The position numbers and the translations under genes are program-made. A stretch of DNA of 64,000 nt, taken from assembly GCA_963804995.1 (NCBI GenBank), contig CAWDSK010000003.1:704001-768000 (forward strand), given 5' to 3'. Source of the DNA: an uncultured Acidobacteriota bacterium. Lineage in GTDB: Bacteria > Acidobacteriota > Terriglobia > UBA7540. Shown in pieces: positions 20,571 to 29,626 of this stretch. The notes under the pieces were generated by a model, which made no database searches, had not been told where the DNA came from, and worked only from the letters and a program-made list of their open reading frames with translations. Position 1 is the stretch's first letter. Each line of letters starts with the position of its first letter.

Positions 20571-21694
20571 AGGGTTCCCAATCATTGAAAACTGATGCTT
20601 TCATTGTGGGTGGCGGACCTGCAGGTCTGGCCGCAGGAATTGCTCTCCGTCAGCAAGGTCTCCACGTCGTAGTCGCGGATTCCGCCCAACCGCCCATTGA
20701 TAAGGCCTGTGGCGAAGGTTTGATGCCCAACTCCGTCGCGGCGCTCAAAGACCTCGGCGTGACACTCGATTCCGGACAAACGATGCCCTTCCGCGGAATC
20801 CGTTTCATCGAAGCGGGAACAACCGTGGAGGGTGCATTCCCCCAAGGGTTGGGAGTGGGTATCCGAAGAACCACCCTGCACGGGGTTCTCGTCGAGAGAG
20901 CCGCAGCGGCAGGGGTGGAATTTCTCTGGCGGGCGCGGGTGACCGGGATTGGTCGCGGAGAAGTCCTGCTGGGCTCGCGCCGGATCCAGTGCCGCTGGAT
21001 TATCGGCGCAGATGGGCAGACTTCTCGAGTGCGCAATTGGGTGGGTCTTGACTACGGGCGCGCGCGGCATATCCGCCACGGATTCCGGCAACATTTCCTC
21101 GTCGCCCCCTGGAGTGACTTTGTCGAAGTTCATTGGGGCAAGAACTGCCAGATCGTGGTCACTCCTGTAAGGCCCACGGAGGTCTGTTTTGTAGTGACCT
21201 CCAGGTCATCGCAACTTAGGTTGCATGAGGCCTTGAAGCAATTTCCGGAAATTGCCCAAAGGGTGGAGGGCATGCCCACACTCACCAAAGACCTGGGCGC
21301 AATTTCGGCCTTGCGGGTTGTCCGCACCGTTTGCCGAGAGTCTTTCGCTTTGATTGGTGACGCTTCGGGATCCGTCGATTCTCTTACCGGTGAGGGTCTG
21401 GGATTGGCATTCCAACAGGCTGGCGCTTTGGCGAAGGCAATCGCGAACGACGACCTCGCTTCGTACCAATCCGCGCACCGGCGCATCAATCGCGGACCGG
21501 TGATGATGTCGCGTGTGCTGCTTGCTCTAGCGGGAAACTCCTGGTTGCGGCATCGAGCTTTCCGGGCGCTGGCACGAGAGCCACAGTTGTTCACGAGACT
21601 CCTGGCGGCCCACGTCGGTGCTTTTTCACCCCTGGATTTTGGCCTCGGCAATTTCTTGAAACTCGGAGGACGGCTCCTGACCAGTCCAAGCTGA
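20561..21694 (+). CDS. FAD-dependent oxidoreductase/monooxygenase (geranylgeranyl reductase-like)
   Basis: GGGPAG, KACGEGL, ADG, GDASG..D.LTGEG; overlaps the PKS stop. Confidence 0.88.
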   Translation: MGLKGSQSLKTDAFIVGGGPAGLAAGIALRQQGLHVVVADSAQPPIDKACGEGLMPNSVAALKDLGVTLDSGQTMPFRGIRFIEAGTTVEGAFPQGLGVGIRRTTLHGVLVERAAAAGVEFLWRARVTGIGRGEVLLGSRRIQCRWIIGADGQTSRVRNWVGLDYGRARHIRHGFRQHFLVAPWSDFVEVHWGKNCQIVVTPVRPTEVCFVVTSRSSQLRLHEALKQFPEIAQRVEGMPTLTKDLGAISALRVVRTVCRESFALIGDASGSVDSLTGEGLGLAFQQAGALAKAIANDDLASYQSAHRRINRGPVMMSRVLLALAGNSWLRHRAFRALAREPQLFTRLLAAHVGAFSPLDFGLGNFLKLGGRLLTSPS

Positions 21695-21704
21695 AGTCCG
21701 CAAC

Positions 21705-22325
21705 ATGCGAACCCATCCCCCTATGAACTTGCGCAAATTCCCGACACGAATTCTTTTCGCGCCTGTCGTTCTGGCCCTGGCGCTATCTGCGGCGCCAGCA
21801 ATCGCTCAAGAAGCTGTGCTGGAACTCGATCCGGCTCAGACCCAGATCGGATTCACGTTGGGAGATGTGCTGCACACCGTGCACGGCGGTTTCAAGCTGA
21901 AGCGCGGCACTGTGAAATTCAACACAGCAACGGGCCAAGCCAGCGGCCTGGTGGTGGTTGATGTTGCCAGTGGCGACAGCGGCAGCCACGCGCGCGATCA
22001 CAAGATGCACAAAGAGGTGCTGGAGAGCGAGCAGTATCCGGAAAGCACTTTCACGCCACAACAAATCAAGGGCACACTGTCGCCGCAAGGAGACTCGCAA
22101 GTTCAGGTGTCGGGGATTTTCAATCTCCACGGCGCGGAGCATCCGCTCACTCTGGTGATGCAGGTTCATCTTGCCGGAGATCAGTTGACCGCTGACACGA
22201 GCTTCACAATCCCATACGTGAGTTGGGGGCTCAAAAATCCCAGCACGCTATTCCTGCGGGTCAGCAATACTGTTGACATTACGATTCACGCGGCCGGCCG
22301 GGTTCGAGTTTCCCCCACACCGTAG
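21705..22325 (+). CDS. YceI-family lipid/polyisoprenoid-binding protein
   Basis: Signal peptide; HTVHG.F, RD.KM, LHG..H. Confidence 0.88.
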   Translation: MRTHPPMNLRKFPTRILFAPVVLALALSAAPAIAQEAVLELDPAQTQIGFTLGDVLHTVHGGFKLKRGTVKFNTATGQASGLVVVDVASGDSGSHARDHKMHKEVLESEQYPESTFTPQQIKGTLSPQGDSQVQVSGIFNLHGAEHPLTLVMQVHLAGDQLTADTSFTIPYVSWGLKNPSTLFLRVSNTVDITIHAAGRVRVSPTP

Positions 22326-22733
22326 GTCACCCACACATTTGCCAAACTGGCCCTCCATTGCAATAGCGCAAATTCTTGTCTTATGCGCAAGAATTTTTCG
22401 GGGGGCTTCAAACGCATGAAGGTGGGGAATTAAGTGGGACCTCGCTCGCTATGCCCCGCGGAGAGCAACTTCTGGGACATGTCCCACCATGACAAAAAGT
22501 CGCTGACCTTCATGAAGAAGATGGGAGAGCACGCGATGCCGGGCCCGACCTCCACGCGCCTCGCTTGACCCGACTTCCACACCCTGCGCCGAGCCGGACC
22601 GGCAGATTTCTCGCCTGCGACTCTCACGCCGACTTTAATCTCCCTTCCATCCTGCGGCGCGGGCTAGTAAGATTCATACACCGCCGCTGAGGGTGAGGCA
22701 GCGAATTTCGAGGAGGGCAATACTTCGAAACCC

Positions 22734-23036
22734 ATGCCGAAAGCTGCTCGCATTATTCTGGGAACGGCCATCGTGGGCCTGGTACTTTACGCGGCCCAAC
22801 TGGCCACGCGCGATTGCACCGTGGGCCTTTACGTTTACGACAACTGTATGTGGGTTCAAGTTCGCACTTACCTGGGCCTGCCCGCCAGCCGATTCCTGCG
22901 CATGGCGGTTTTGGAATCCGTGGGCATCGCACTTGCCTTAATCCTCTATCTAACCTGCCGATACGTTTTCGTTTTTCAGTGGGCGAAGCCGCAGGATTCA
23001 ACGCAGGCTGGCGCGCCTGAACATCCGGCAAATTAG
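22734..23036 (+). CDS. Small two-TM hypothetical protein
   Basis: Two hydrophobic segments around a Cys-pair loop; GGAGG upstream. Confidence 0.6.
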   Translation: MPKAARIILGTAIVGLVLYAAQLATRDCTVGLYVYDNCMWVQVRTYLGLPASRFLRMAVLESVGIALALILYLTCRYVFVFQWAKPQDSTQAGAPEHPAN

Positions 23037-23089
23037 CGCTTGTGGCTAACGGCAGGCCCAGCTAACCCGTAGAATCTTCAAGCGCCCAA

Positions 23090-23166
23090 GTGACCCCTCA
23101 CCCGTCCCGCCCCGGCTGATGAAAACGCCGGCTGCGGTCCACCCTCTCCCCTCGGAGAGGGCTATG
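23090..23166 (+). repeat. Dispersed ~80-bp repeat (CCCTCACC...CCTCTCCC..GAGGG family), copy 1
   Basis: Near-identical copies at 24654-24731 and 28375-28456. Confidence 0.9.
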
Positions 23167-23363
23167 CCTCGAAAATTACAGCCTTCTCTCAGGGTCGCAG
23201 ATCAGCCGTGGCGGAAGATGGTGGCCGACAAAGGAGTCCGGAGGAATTTACATCTTAAGGATTCAAAAATGATAAGCCCCACCCTTCCAAACGCCCACAG
23301 ATCCCGACTGCTTGGCCATTCCTAGGCGTCGGAAGCCTTCCCATCCCTTTTTCCTGGAGTAGA

Positions 23364-24062
23364 ATGGAAAGTGGGAGGGTCATGGTTACCTCAGTCGAAG
23401 CGATTCAATCCCCCGGCAAGCTATACACACCCGCCCGCATCCTCACGGCACTCGAAGTCGCGCTGCTTTACGCCGGCATTATGGGATACATCTGGCGCTG
23501 GCAGTATACGCACCCCCACGCGTGGATGGCGCTCTACGCCGTCATCCTGGCGAGCCACGTTTTGCATCGCGACACCCTCGTCGGGCTCGGCCTGTCTTGG
23601 AAAGAACTGCTCCCCAGCGCTCGCCTGGCGCTGCCCCTCGCCATCGCCCTTTGCCTGCTCATGCTTTTCTACGGATTTGCGCGCCACAGCCTGGTGCTGA
23701 TTCCACCCACCGCACAATCCCTCATCCCCTTGCTGGGATATGGCGGCTGGTGCTTGTTTCAGCAGTATCTGACGCAGTCCTACTTCCATAATCGGCTAAT
23801 GCTCATCATCCGTAACCGCCATCTTAGTTCCGCTCTCATCGGAATCATGTTTGGGGCCACGCACATCCCCAATCCCATCCTGATGATCGTTACCCTGATC
23901 GTGGGATTCATCTTCGCGGAGATCTTCGCCCGCCACCGGAATATCTGGCCGCTGGCGCTCGCGCAAGCCGTGGGCGGACTCCTGCTCGCTGCCGTCGCCC
24001 CGGATGCGCTGGTCCACCACATGCGCGTGGGGCCGGGGTATCTTTTTTACGGAGTCAGGTAA
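23364..24062 (+). CDS. CPBP/Abi-family intramembrane protease-like protein (degenerate motifs)
   Basis: Multi-TM; FGATH motif; the EExxxR and final His positions read QQ and Q. Confidence 0.7.
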   Translation: MESGRVMVTSVEAIQSPGKLYTPARILTALEVALLYAGIMGYIWRWQYTHPHAWMALYAVILASHVLHRDTLVGLGLSWKELLPSARLALPLAIALCLLMLFYGFARHSLVLIPPTAQSLIPLLGYGGWCLFQQYLTQSYFHNRLMLIIRNRHLSSALIGIMFGATHIPNPILMIVTLIVGFIFAEIFARHRNIWPLALAQAVGGLLLAAVAPDALVHHMRVGPGYLFYGVR

Positions 24063-24068
24063 GAGAAA

Positions 24069-24940
24069 GCGGAAGGCAGCGAGCGCTTGGTGCGAGTCCC
24101 GACAGAGTCGGGAAAGGCGGAAGGCAGCGAGCGCTTTGGGCGAGTCCCGACAGAGTCGGGATTGGCAGTAAATTGAACAGCTCAGTGAAATCGCAAGAGC
24201 AAGTCAAAAGGCAAAGTGCAAAAGGCAAAATGCAAAAGTGAGAAGCCTCAACCTGGCGTAGCAGGTAACGCGGACCAGGTAGCGCAGACTCTGTGCCTTT
24301 CAGAGTCTGCGGTTCTTAATATGATAAACATGCACTGTCTTATTGACCTGTGGCTTTAGCACTTCACGGACTAATCCGGCTTTTCTGAGGCCGTAAGCAG
24401 GTAACGCGGACCAGGTAGCGCAGACTCTGTGCCTATCAGAGTCTGCGGTTCTTAATATGATAAACATGCACTGTCTTATTGACCTGTGGCTTTAGCACTT
24501 CACGGACTAATCCGGCTTTTCTGAGGTCGTAAGCGGTGATCGGCGGTCGCACCCTATAGACGAAGAGCCGCAGACTCTCGGAGAGCACGAGACTCTGCTA
24601 TGCAATACCGTAATTTCTTTTTTTTAGCAAGAATATTGTGCCACTTCCCGAAAGTGACCCCTCACCCGTCCCGCCCCGGCTGATGAAAACGCCGGCGGCG
24701 GTCCACCCTCTCCCCTGCGGAGAGGGCTATGATTCTCTTTTGGTTGCGGCATCGCCGCGCTGCGCTACTCACTTTTGCATTTTGCCTTTTGCACTTTGCC
24801 TTTTGACTTGCTCTTGCAGTTCTGTGCACTACCTCCCGCCTATCCCGACTCTGTCGGGACTCGCACAAAGCGCTCGCTGCCTATCCCGACTCTGTCGGGA
24901 CTCGCACAAAGCGCTCGCTGCCTACTGCTTACTGCCTACT
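24069..24940. repeat. Nested inverted-repeat complex between convergent genes
   Basis: Mirrored pairs of 39-nt hairpin units; perfect 50-bp IR 24193-24242 / 24768-24817; internal 136-bp tandem duplication, REP arms and the 80-bp repeat. Confidence 0.92.
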
Positions 24941-26044
24941 GCTCCGCCGCATTCTCGGCAGGAAGGGTAAGTCAGCGATCTGGCCTTCAAACTTTTCCGC
25001 CCAGCGGCCGGGGATGGCTGTTCCACACTCGGGGCATGACCCTTTGGGCGTCAAGTAATAACCCAGGATGTGATACCCGTAACGCTCAATCAGCAATGTG
25101 TGGCACTGGGGGCAATGGGTGTTTTCAAGATCACCCACCTGCCCTGGCAGATTCCCCGCATAAATGAACCGCAGCCCGGCCGCTTTGCCGAGCGCCGCGG
25201 CCCGCGCCAGGTCTCGCGGCTGCGTATTTGCCGGGTCCGTCATCTTATAGTCTTTATGAAACGCTGAGACGTGCCAGGGGATGTCTGGCGATACGCTGGC
25301 CACAAATTCCGTGAGCCGCTGGAGCTCATCTTCGGAATCGTTAACGCCGGGAATGAGCAGCGTAACGATTTCCACCCACAGCCCCATTTCGTAAAGGGTC
25401 CGAATCGTATCGAGGATTGGCCCCAGACGCCCACCCAGTTGCCGATACTGGCGATCGTCAAAACTCTTCAGGTCGACTTTGTAGAGATCGACCCACGGCC
25501 GCAGGTATTCGAGCACCTGGGGCGTGCCATTGCCATTTGAAACGAAGCCCGTCATGAGTCCCGCCGCCTTTGCTTCCTTGAAAACGGCGACCGCCCATTC
25601 ACTGGTAATCAGGGGCTCGTTGTAAGTACTGACCACCACCTTGGCGCCTTGCTGCACAGCGTCTCGAACCACTTCCTTCGGTGTCAGGGCCATGGGACGC
25701 GATACGGCGCGCGGGTCGCGAATGGCTTGCGACGTCACCCAGTTCTGACAATATGAGCAATGCAGGTCGCAGCCCAGCATTCCGAAGCTATAGGCGAGCG
25801 CGCCGGGGTAGGCGTGATGGAAGGGTTTCTTCTCAATCGGATCGCATTGCACGCCCGCGGCGTAACCCCAGGGGACCTGCAATTTTCCGCCCTCATTGAA
25901 GCGGACTTTGCACACGCCCACTTGCCCTTCCGGAATGCGGCAGCAGTGACCGCATGCGAAGCAGCGCACAAATCCGCGATCGAGTTTTTCGTAAAGCTCG
26001 CCTTCGCGTACGTTGGCGTTCAGGATGTCCTGGAGTGTGGCCAT
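24929..26044 (-). CDS. amrS: AmmeMemoRadiSam system radical SAM enzyme
   Basis: N-terminal CxxC..C...CxVR, DPIEKKP, GCDLHCSYCQNW, TYNEP, C-terminal CPxC pairs. Confidence 0.93.
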   Translation of the reverse strand: MATLQDILNANVREGELYEKLDRGFVRCFACGHCCRIPEGQVGVCKVRFNEGGKLQVPWGYAAGVQCDPIEKKPFHHAYPGALAYSFGMLGCDLHCSYCQNWVTSQAIRDPRAVSRPMALTPKEVVRDAVQQGAKVVVSTYNEPLITSEWAVAVFKEAKAAGLMTGFVSNGNGTPQVLEYLRPWVDLYKVDLKSFDDRQYRQLGGRLGPILDTIRTLYEMGLWVEIVTLLIPGVNDSEDELQRLTEFVASVSPDIPWHVSAFHKDYKMTDPANTQPRDLARAAALGKAAGLRFIYAGNLPGQVGDLENTHCPQCHTLLIERYGYHILGYYLTPKGSCPECGTAIPGRWAEKFEGQIADLPFLPRMRRSSRQ

Positions 26045-26219
26045 GCGCGGAACCTCAGTCAGGCGGCGCCCCGTTGCGGAACGACCGCCCACAACCTATT
26101 ATACTCCCCGCGCCCCGGTGCGTCGGATGATGCGGCGAGGGCGCCAGCGTATTTGTCTATACCCTGGATTCCGGATTGCTTGGCAAACATTTCAGTGTGT
26201 CCTCCGCGTGCCGGAGGCA

Positions 26220-26321
26220 CCTTGGAGTGCGGTCGCAGCAGCTACCGCTTTCCGGCTTCGGTTCATACGGCAAATGAGGCGGAGGTAGAAGGGCGGTAGC
26301 TGCTGCGACCGCACTCCAAGG
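26220..26321. repeat. GGAG-type REP doublet, perfect 29-bp inverted repeat
   Basis: CCTTGGAGTGCGGTCGCAGCAGCTACCGC at 26220-26248, reverse complement at 26293-26321. Confidence 0.88.
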
Positions 26322-26384
26322 CGCTGCGCGCATTTTCATTGCCAGTGGTGCGCGGCAGGCGCATGGGGGTCTGTGCGGAAAGCG

Positions 26385-26691
26385 TCAGTGGAGGTTGAGA
26401 GCAAACTTTATGGCCTGTGCTACCAGCTTCATCTTTTCCGGCGAAAGCGTCGTCAGGCTTCGGTCCAAGCGCTTCTTGGAGATTGTGAAGATATCATCCA
26501 CGTTGACCACGCAATCGGTGGGCAGGCCGTCTTCCGGTCCTAGCGGGACCTCGACTGGAATGTTGTAAACCGTCCGGGTAATAGGAGCAACGGTGACCGA
26601 GGAACGGACAGAGTAGGCCGCGTTGCGACTCAGAAGCAAAACCGGACGGAGGTTTGGGAACGTCCGCCCACCAAACCTCGCCGCGTCTCAT
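26385..26691 (-). pseudogene. mazF: MazF/PemK toxin, frameshifted by a short deletion near 26650
   Basis: MRRGEVWWAD in one frame; RPVLLLSRN...VAPIT...GL...VNVD in another. Confidence 0.8.
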
Positions 26692-26936
26692 TACCAGTTT
26701 TCCTCCGGCAGGACTTCCGCAGCAAGCTTGGCGCCTACCTCGCCCCAAACAAGTTTCTCCGGCTTCCGTTGATAGCCTTCGACGTAGCGCCGGTCAAGTT
26801 CTCTTTCTTCGAGTCTCTGGAGATATTGCTGACACGCTGTCCTGATCAACGCGGCCGGCGTTGAGCGTGATATCCGGGCAAGGCGGTTGACCGCCCGTAG
26901 CAGGTTTTCGTCCATGGGCACTTGAATGACTTTCAT
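26691..26936 (-). CDS. Ribbon-helix-helix antitoxin
   Basis: MKVIQVPMDE.LL..V RHH pattern; TAATG coupling to the toxin. Confidence 0.82.
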   Translation of the reverse strand: MKVIQVPMDENLLRAVNRLARISRSTPAALIRTACQQYLQRLEERELDRRYVEGYQRKPEKLVWGEVGAKLAAEVLPEENW

Positions 26937-27017
26937 GTGTCACCCTATCCTCATCGGTCTACACAATTCAATGTGGATGAGTGTCGCGATGTTGTCAACA
27001 CTCCAGCGCGTCCGGTA

Positions 27018-27191
27018 ACCGCCCCGGCGCCTTCGGCGCCACCCCTCCCTTCGACAGGCTCAGGGCAGGCTCTAAATCAGGAGGGGAGTTCCGCTTTAAA
27101 GCTCCCCTCCTCAGATGAGGAGGGGTGGCGCGCCGAGCCCCGATAGCGCGTTCTTTCCAAATTGATGATCGGGGCTGAGCGCCGGGGTGGT
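27018..27191. repeat. Composite palindromic repeat with two micro-inserts
   Basis: Inverted homolog of 16583-16712; inserts at 27047-27072 and about 27136-27176. Confidence 0.8.
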
Positions 27192-27249
27192 GCTGAAATG
27201 GGGATAAGGGGTGGTTCTGAGCTAGGAACTACGTGGTGAGCAGTCCCCG

Positions 27250-27978
27250 CTAGCGCGCCCGCCCTTTTCGCAAATTGGCCACCTCGCCGGGCGTCAATTC
27301 CCGCCACTTCCCCACTTCCAAGCCTTCCAAGGTGAGCGGACCGATGCGCGTGCGAACCAGTTTCAGCACCACGAATCCCACGGCTTCCATCATGCGCCGC
27401 ACCTCGCGGTTCTTGCCTTCCGTCAGCACGACATCGAGCCATGTATACTTTCCACGATCTTCCCGCCGCCGCACGCTTAAGGGCTTCGCGAAATCCCCGC
27501 GCTTCATCTCCACGCCGGCGTTGAGTTGCGCGATCACTTCATCGCTCAGCAGCGTGTTGGCTTTTACAAGGTAAGTCTTGGGGATTCCGGATTCCGGACT
27601 CATAACGAAGTCGGCGAAATCCGTGTCATTGGTGAGCAGTAACAGGCCTGAGGTGTCTTTATCCAGGCGGCCCACGGGCGCTACCCACTGGTTCTCTTCG
27701 TCAAGGTATTTGTAAATCGTGGGGCGACCGGCGGGATCGCCGTGACTGGTGATGACGCCCTTAGGCTTGTAGAAAAGCAGATAGCGTTTGCGCGCGGGCT
27801 TCAGGCGCTTGCCGTCCAATTGAAACGTGTCACGCTCCGGATCGACCCACACGTCCGGGTCGCGCACGATGCGGCCATTCACTTTCATGCGGCCCGCTAC
27901 AATCGCCTCGCGCGCCACCGTACGCGAACCAAGGCCAAAGCGCGAAAGCACCCGGTCGAGGGTCATGGTGGGTTTCAT
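27250..27978 (-). CDS. RsuA/RluB-family rRNA pseudouridine synthase
   Basis: S4 domain, YKPKG, GRLDKDTSGLLLLTND, EGKNREVRR. Confidence 0.93.
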   Translation of the reverse strand: MKPTMTLDRVLSRFGLGSRTVAREAIVAGRMKVNGRIVRDPDVWVDPERDTFQLDGKRLKPARKRYLLFYKPKGVITSHGDPAGRPTIYKYLDEENQWVAPVGRLDKDTSGLLLLTNDTDFADFVMSPESGIPKTYLVKANTLLSDEVIAQLNAGVEMKRGDFAKPLSVRRREDRGKYTWLDVVLTEGKNREVRRMMEAVGFVVLKLVRTRIGPLTLEGLEVGKWRELTPGEVANLRKGRAR

Positions 27979-28050
27979 AGGGAACGAAACTCGAAAATCG
28001 AAATTCGAAAATCGCGAAATACGTGCGGTGGGCGGGCGAGTTTCATCTCT

Positions 28051-28263
28051 TCAGATTTCCACTTCCCGCCCCACACCTTGCGTTTCGGCTGCTTCCAGCA
28101 CCAGTCGGGCTGCCACGGCGTCCTGGACGGCGGCACCCACGGATTTGTACAGGGTGATCTGGTCAGGAGAGGTTCGCCCTGGATTCAAGCCTGAAATCAG
28201 CTCGCCAATTTCGGCGTCGAGGTCAAGCAAGCTTTCGACTTCGCGGCGGTTCAGGATGAGCAT
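28051..28263 (-). pseudogene. Ornithine cyclodeaminase/mu-crystallin family gene with a large in-frame internal deletion
   Basis: Family-like N-terminus MLILNRREVESLL fused to C-terminus EIGELISG..PGR...ITLYKSVG.AVQD. Confidence 0.8.
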
Positions 28264-28506
28264 TGGCGGAGTCTGTCTTGTAATGCAATGCCGTAAAATC
28301 TTGTTTTCTTAGAGAATTTCGTTTTGGTTGCGGCCACGCTGCACGGAGTTACCGGCTGCTCAATTAGTTCCTAGGTGACCCCCTCACCCGTCCCGCCCCG
28401 GCTGATGAAAACGCCGGTTGCGGTCCACCCTCTCCCCCAAAGGGGCGAGGGCTATGAATTCAAATTGACGCTCGCCGCGGCTGAAGGTCCAGCGATCACA
28501 CTGGCC

Positions 28507-29307
28507 TCACTGCCCGGGCGCCAGGAACGACACCTCATCGAGCTGGATGAAATCCTGCACCATGGGCACGGTGGACCGGTCCATTTCCTGGATCGTACCC
28601 CAAAACGCCACGCGCCCGTCCACCAGGAACACCAGGCGGTCGGCAAGCTTGCGCGCCAGTTTCATGTCGTGCGTGACCACGACGGAGGTGATTCCCGTCT
28701 TGCGCTTGAGCTTCAGGATCAGGTCGCTGATAGTTTGTGCCATCAAGGGGTCGACCATGGTGGTGGGCTCATCGTAGAGAATGCACTCCGGCTTCGCCGC
28801 CAGCGCCCGCGCAATCGCCACGGCGCGCTTCATGCCGGTGCTGAGGTCCGTAGGCATCAGATCGCGCATGCCTTCCAGTTCCACTTGCGATAGCAGATCG
28901 TCCACCTGCCGCTCGATCTCGTCCTCATCAATGGCGAGGCCGCGCGTGGCACGCTCGCGCAAAGGATAAGCAACGTTCTCACCCACCGTGAGCGAGTCGA
29001 AGAGCGCGCCCGACTGAAAAACCATGGTCACACGCCGGCGGATGTCCATCAGTTCTTCCTCGCTTAGCGCCGAAACCTCACGGCCCGCCACCAGCACCTG
29101 CCCCGCGTCTGGCTTCAGAAAACCCAGAATGTGCTTCAGCGTCACGCTCTTGCCCACGCCACTTCGCCCCAGGATGGCCACCATCTCGCCGCGCCGCACC
29201 TCAAAGCTCACGTCTTCGAGCACGGCCTGCTCGTCAAAAGCCTTGTACACGTGGCGGAACTCGATGTAGGGCTCGCTGGACGGATTGGACCTGGGTTCGT
29301 CAGTCAT
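28507..29307 (-). CDS. ABC transporter ATP-binding protein, MlaF/Mkl-like
   Basis: GRSGVGKS, FQSGALFDSLTV, LSTGM, YDEPT, VTHD. Confidence 0.88.
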   Translation of the reverse strand: MTDEPRSNPSSEPYIEFRHVYKAFDEQAVLEDVSFEVRRGEMVAILGRSGVGKSVTLKHILGFLKPDAGQVLVAGREVSALSEEELMDIRRRVTMVFQSGALFDSLTVGENVAYPLRERATRGLAIDEDEIERQVDDLLSQVELEGMRDLMPTDLSTGMKRAVAIARALAAKPECILYDEPTTMVDPLMAQTISDLILKLKRKTGITSVVVTHDMKLARKLADRLVFLVDGRVAFWGTIQEMDRSTVPMVQDFIQLDEVSFLAPGQ

Positions 29308-29464
29308 GTAAAACAATTATGGATGATGAATTCGGAATTATGAAGCGGGAAAGGGAGCCAGACCCTTCTCAATTTCAGAAACCACATCGGGGAGGCGGGG
29401 GCGAGAGAACCCTCTCATCAAACTATGTAGCGTGAACTTGCGGAACAACCGCAGACCTCAACGA

Positions 29465-29592
29465 GAAGGTGTGAAAAAATGCCATTTTCACCGCTGAGAC
29501 GCTGAGACGCAGAGAAATGACCCTTTGTTTTCAAACCTCTGCGCCTCCGCGTCTCCGCGGTGAAAGGTTTGATGGGATTTTTTCACAGCTTC
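29465..29592 (+). mobile_element. 128-bp MITE, copy 1
   Basis: 16-bp TIR GAAG(G/C)TGTGAAAAAAT; CGA target duplication; 4 mismatches to 63567-63694. Confidence 0.92.
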
Positions 29593-29626
29593 CGACGGAG
29601 GCGCTACGCTTGCTTTTGCAATTTGG

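Noticed and set aside
22348..22362. Sigma54-like TGGC...TTGCA
   Set aside because: GG-to-GC spacing is 9, not 10
24260..24534. Possible CRISPR array
   Set aside because: Only two 136-bp units with near-identical interiors, no unique spacers and no cas genes
23119..28893. ORFs sharing MKTPAAVHPLP (23119, 24638, 28375) as a peptide family
   Set aside because: Translations of the 80-bp DNA repeat; downstream parts are unrelated
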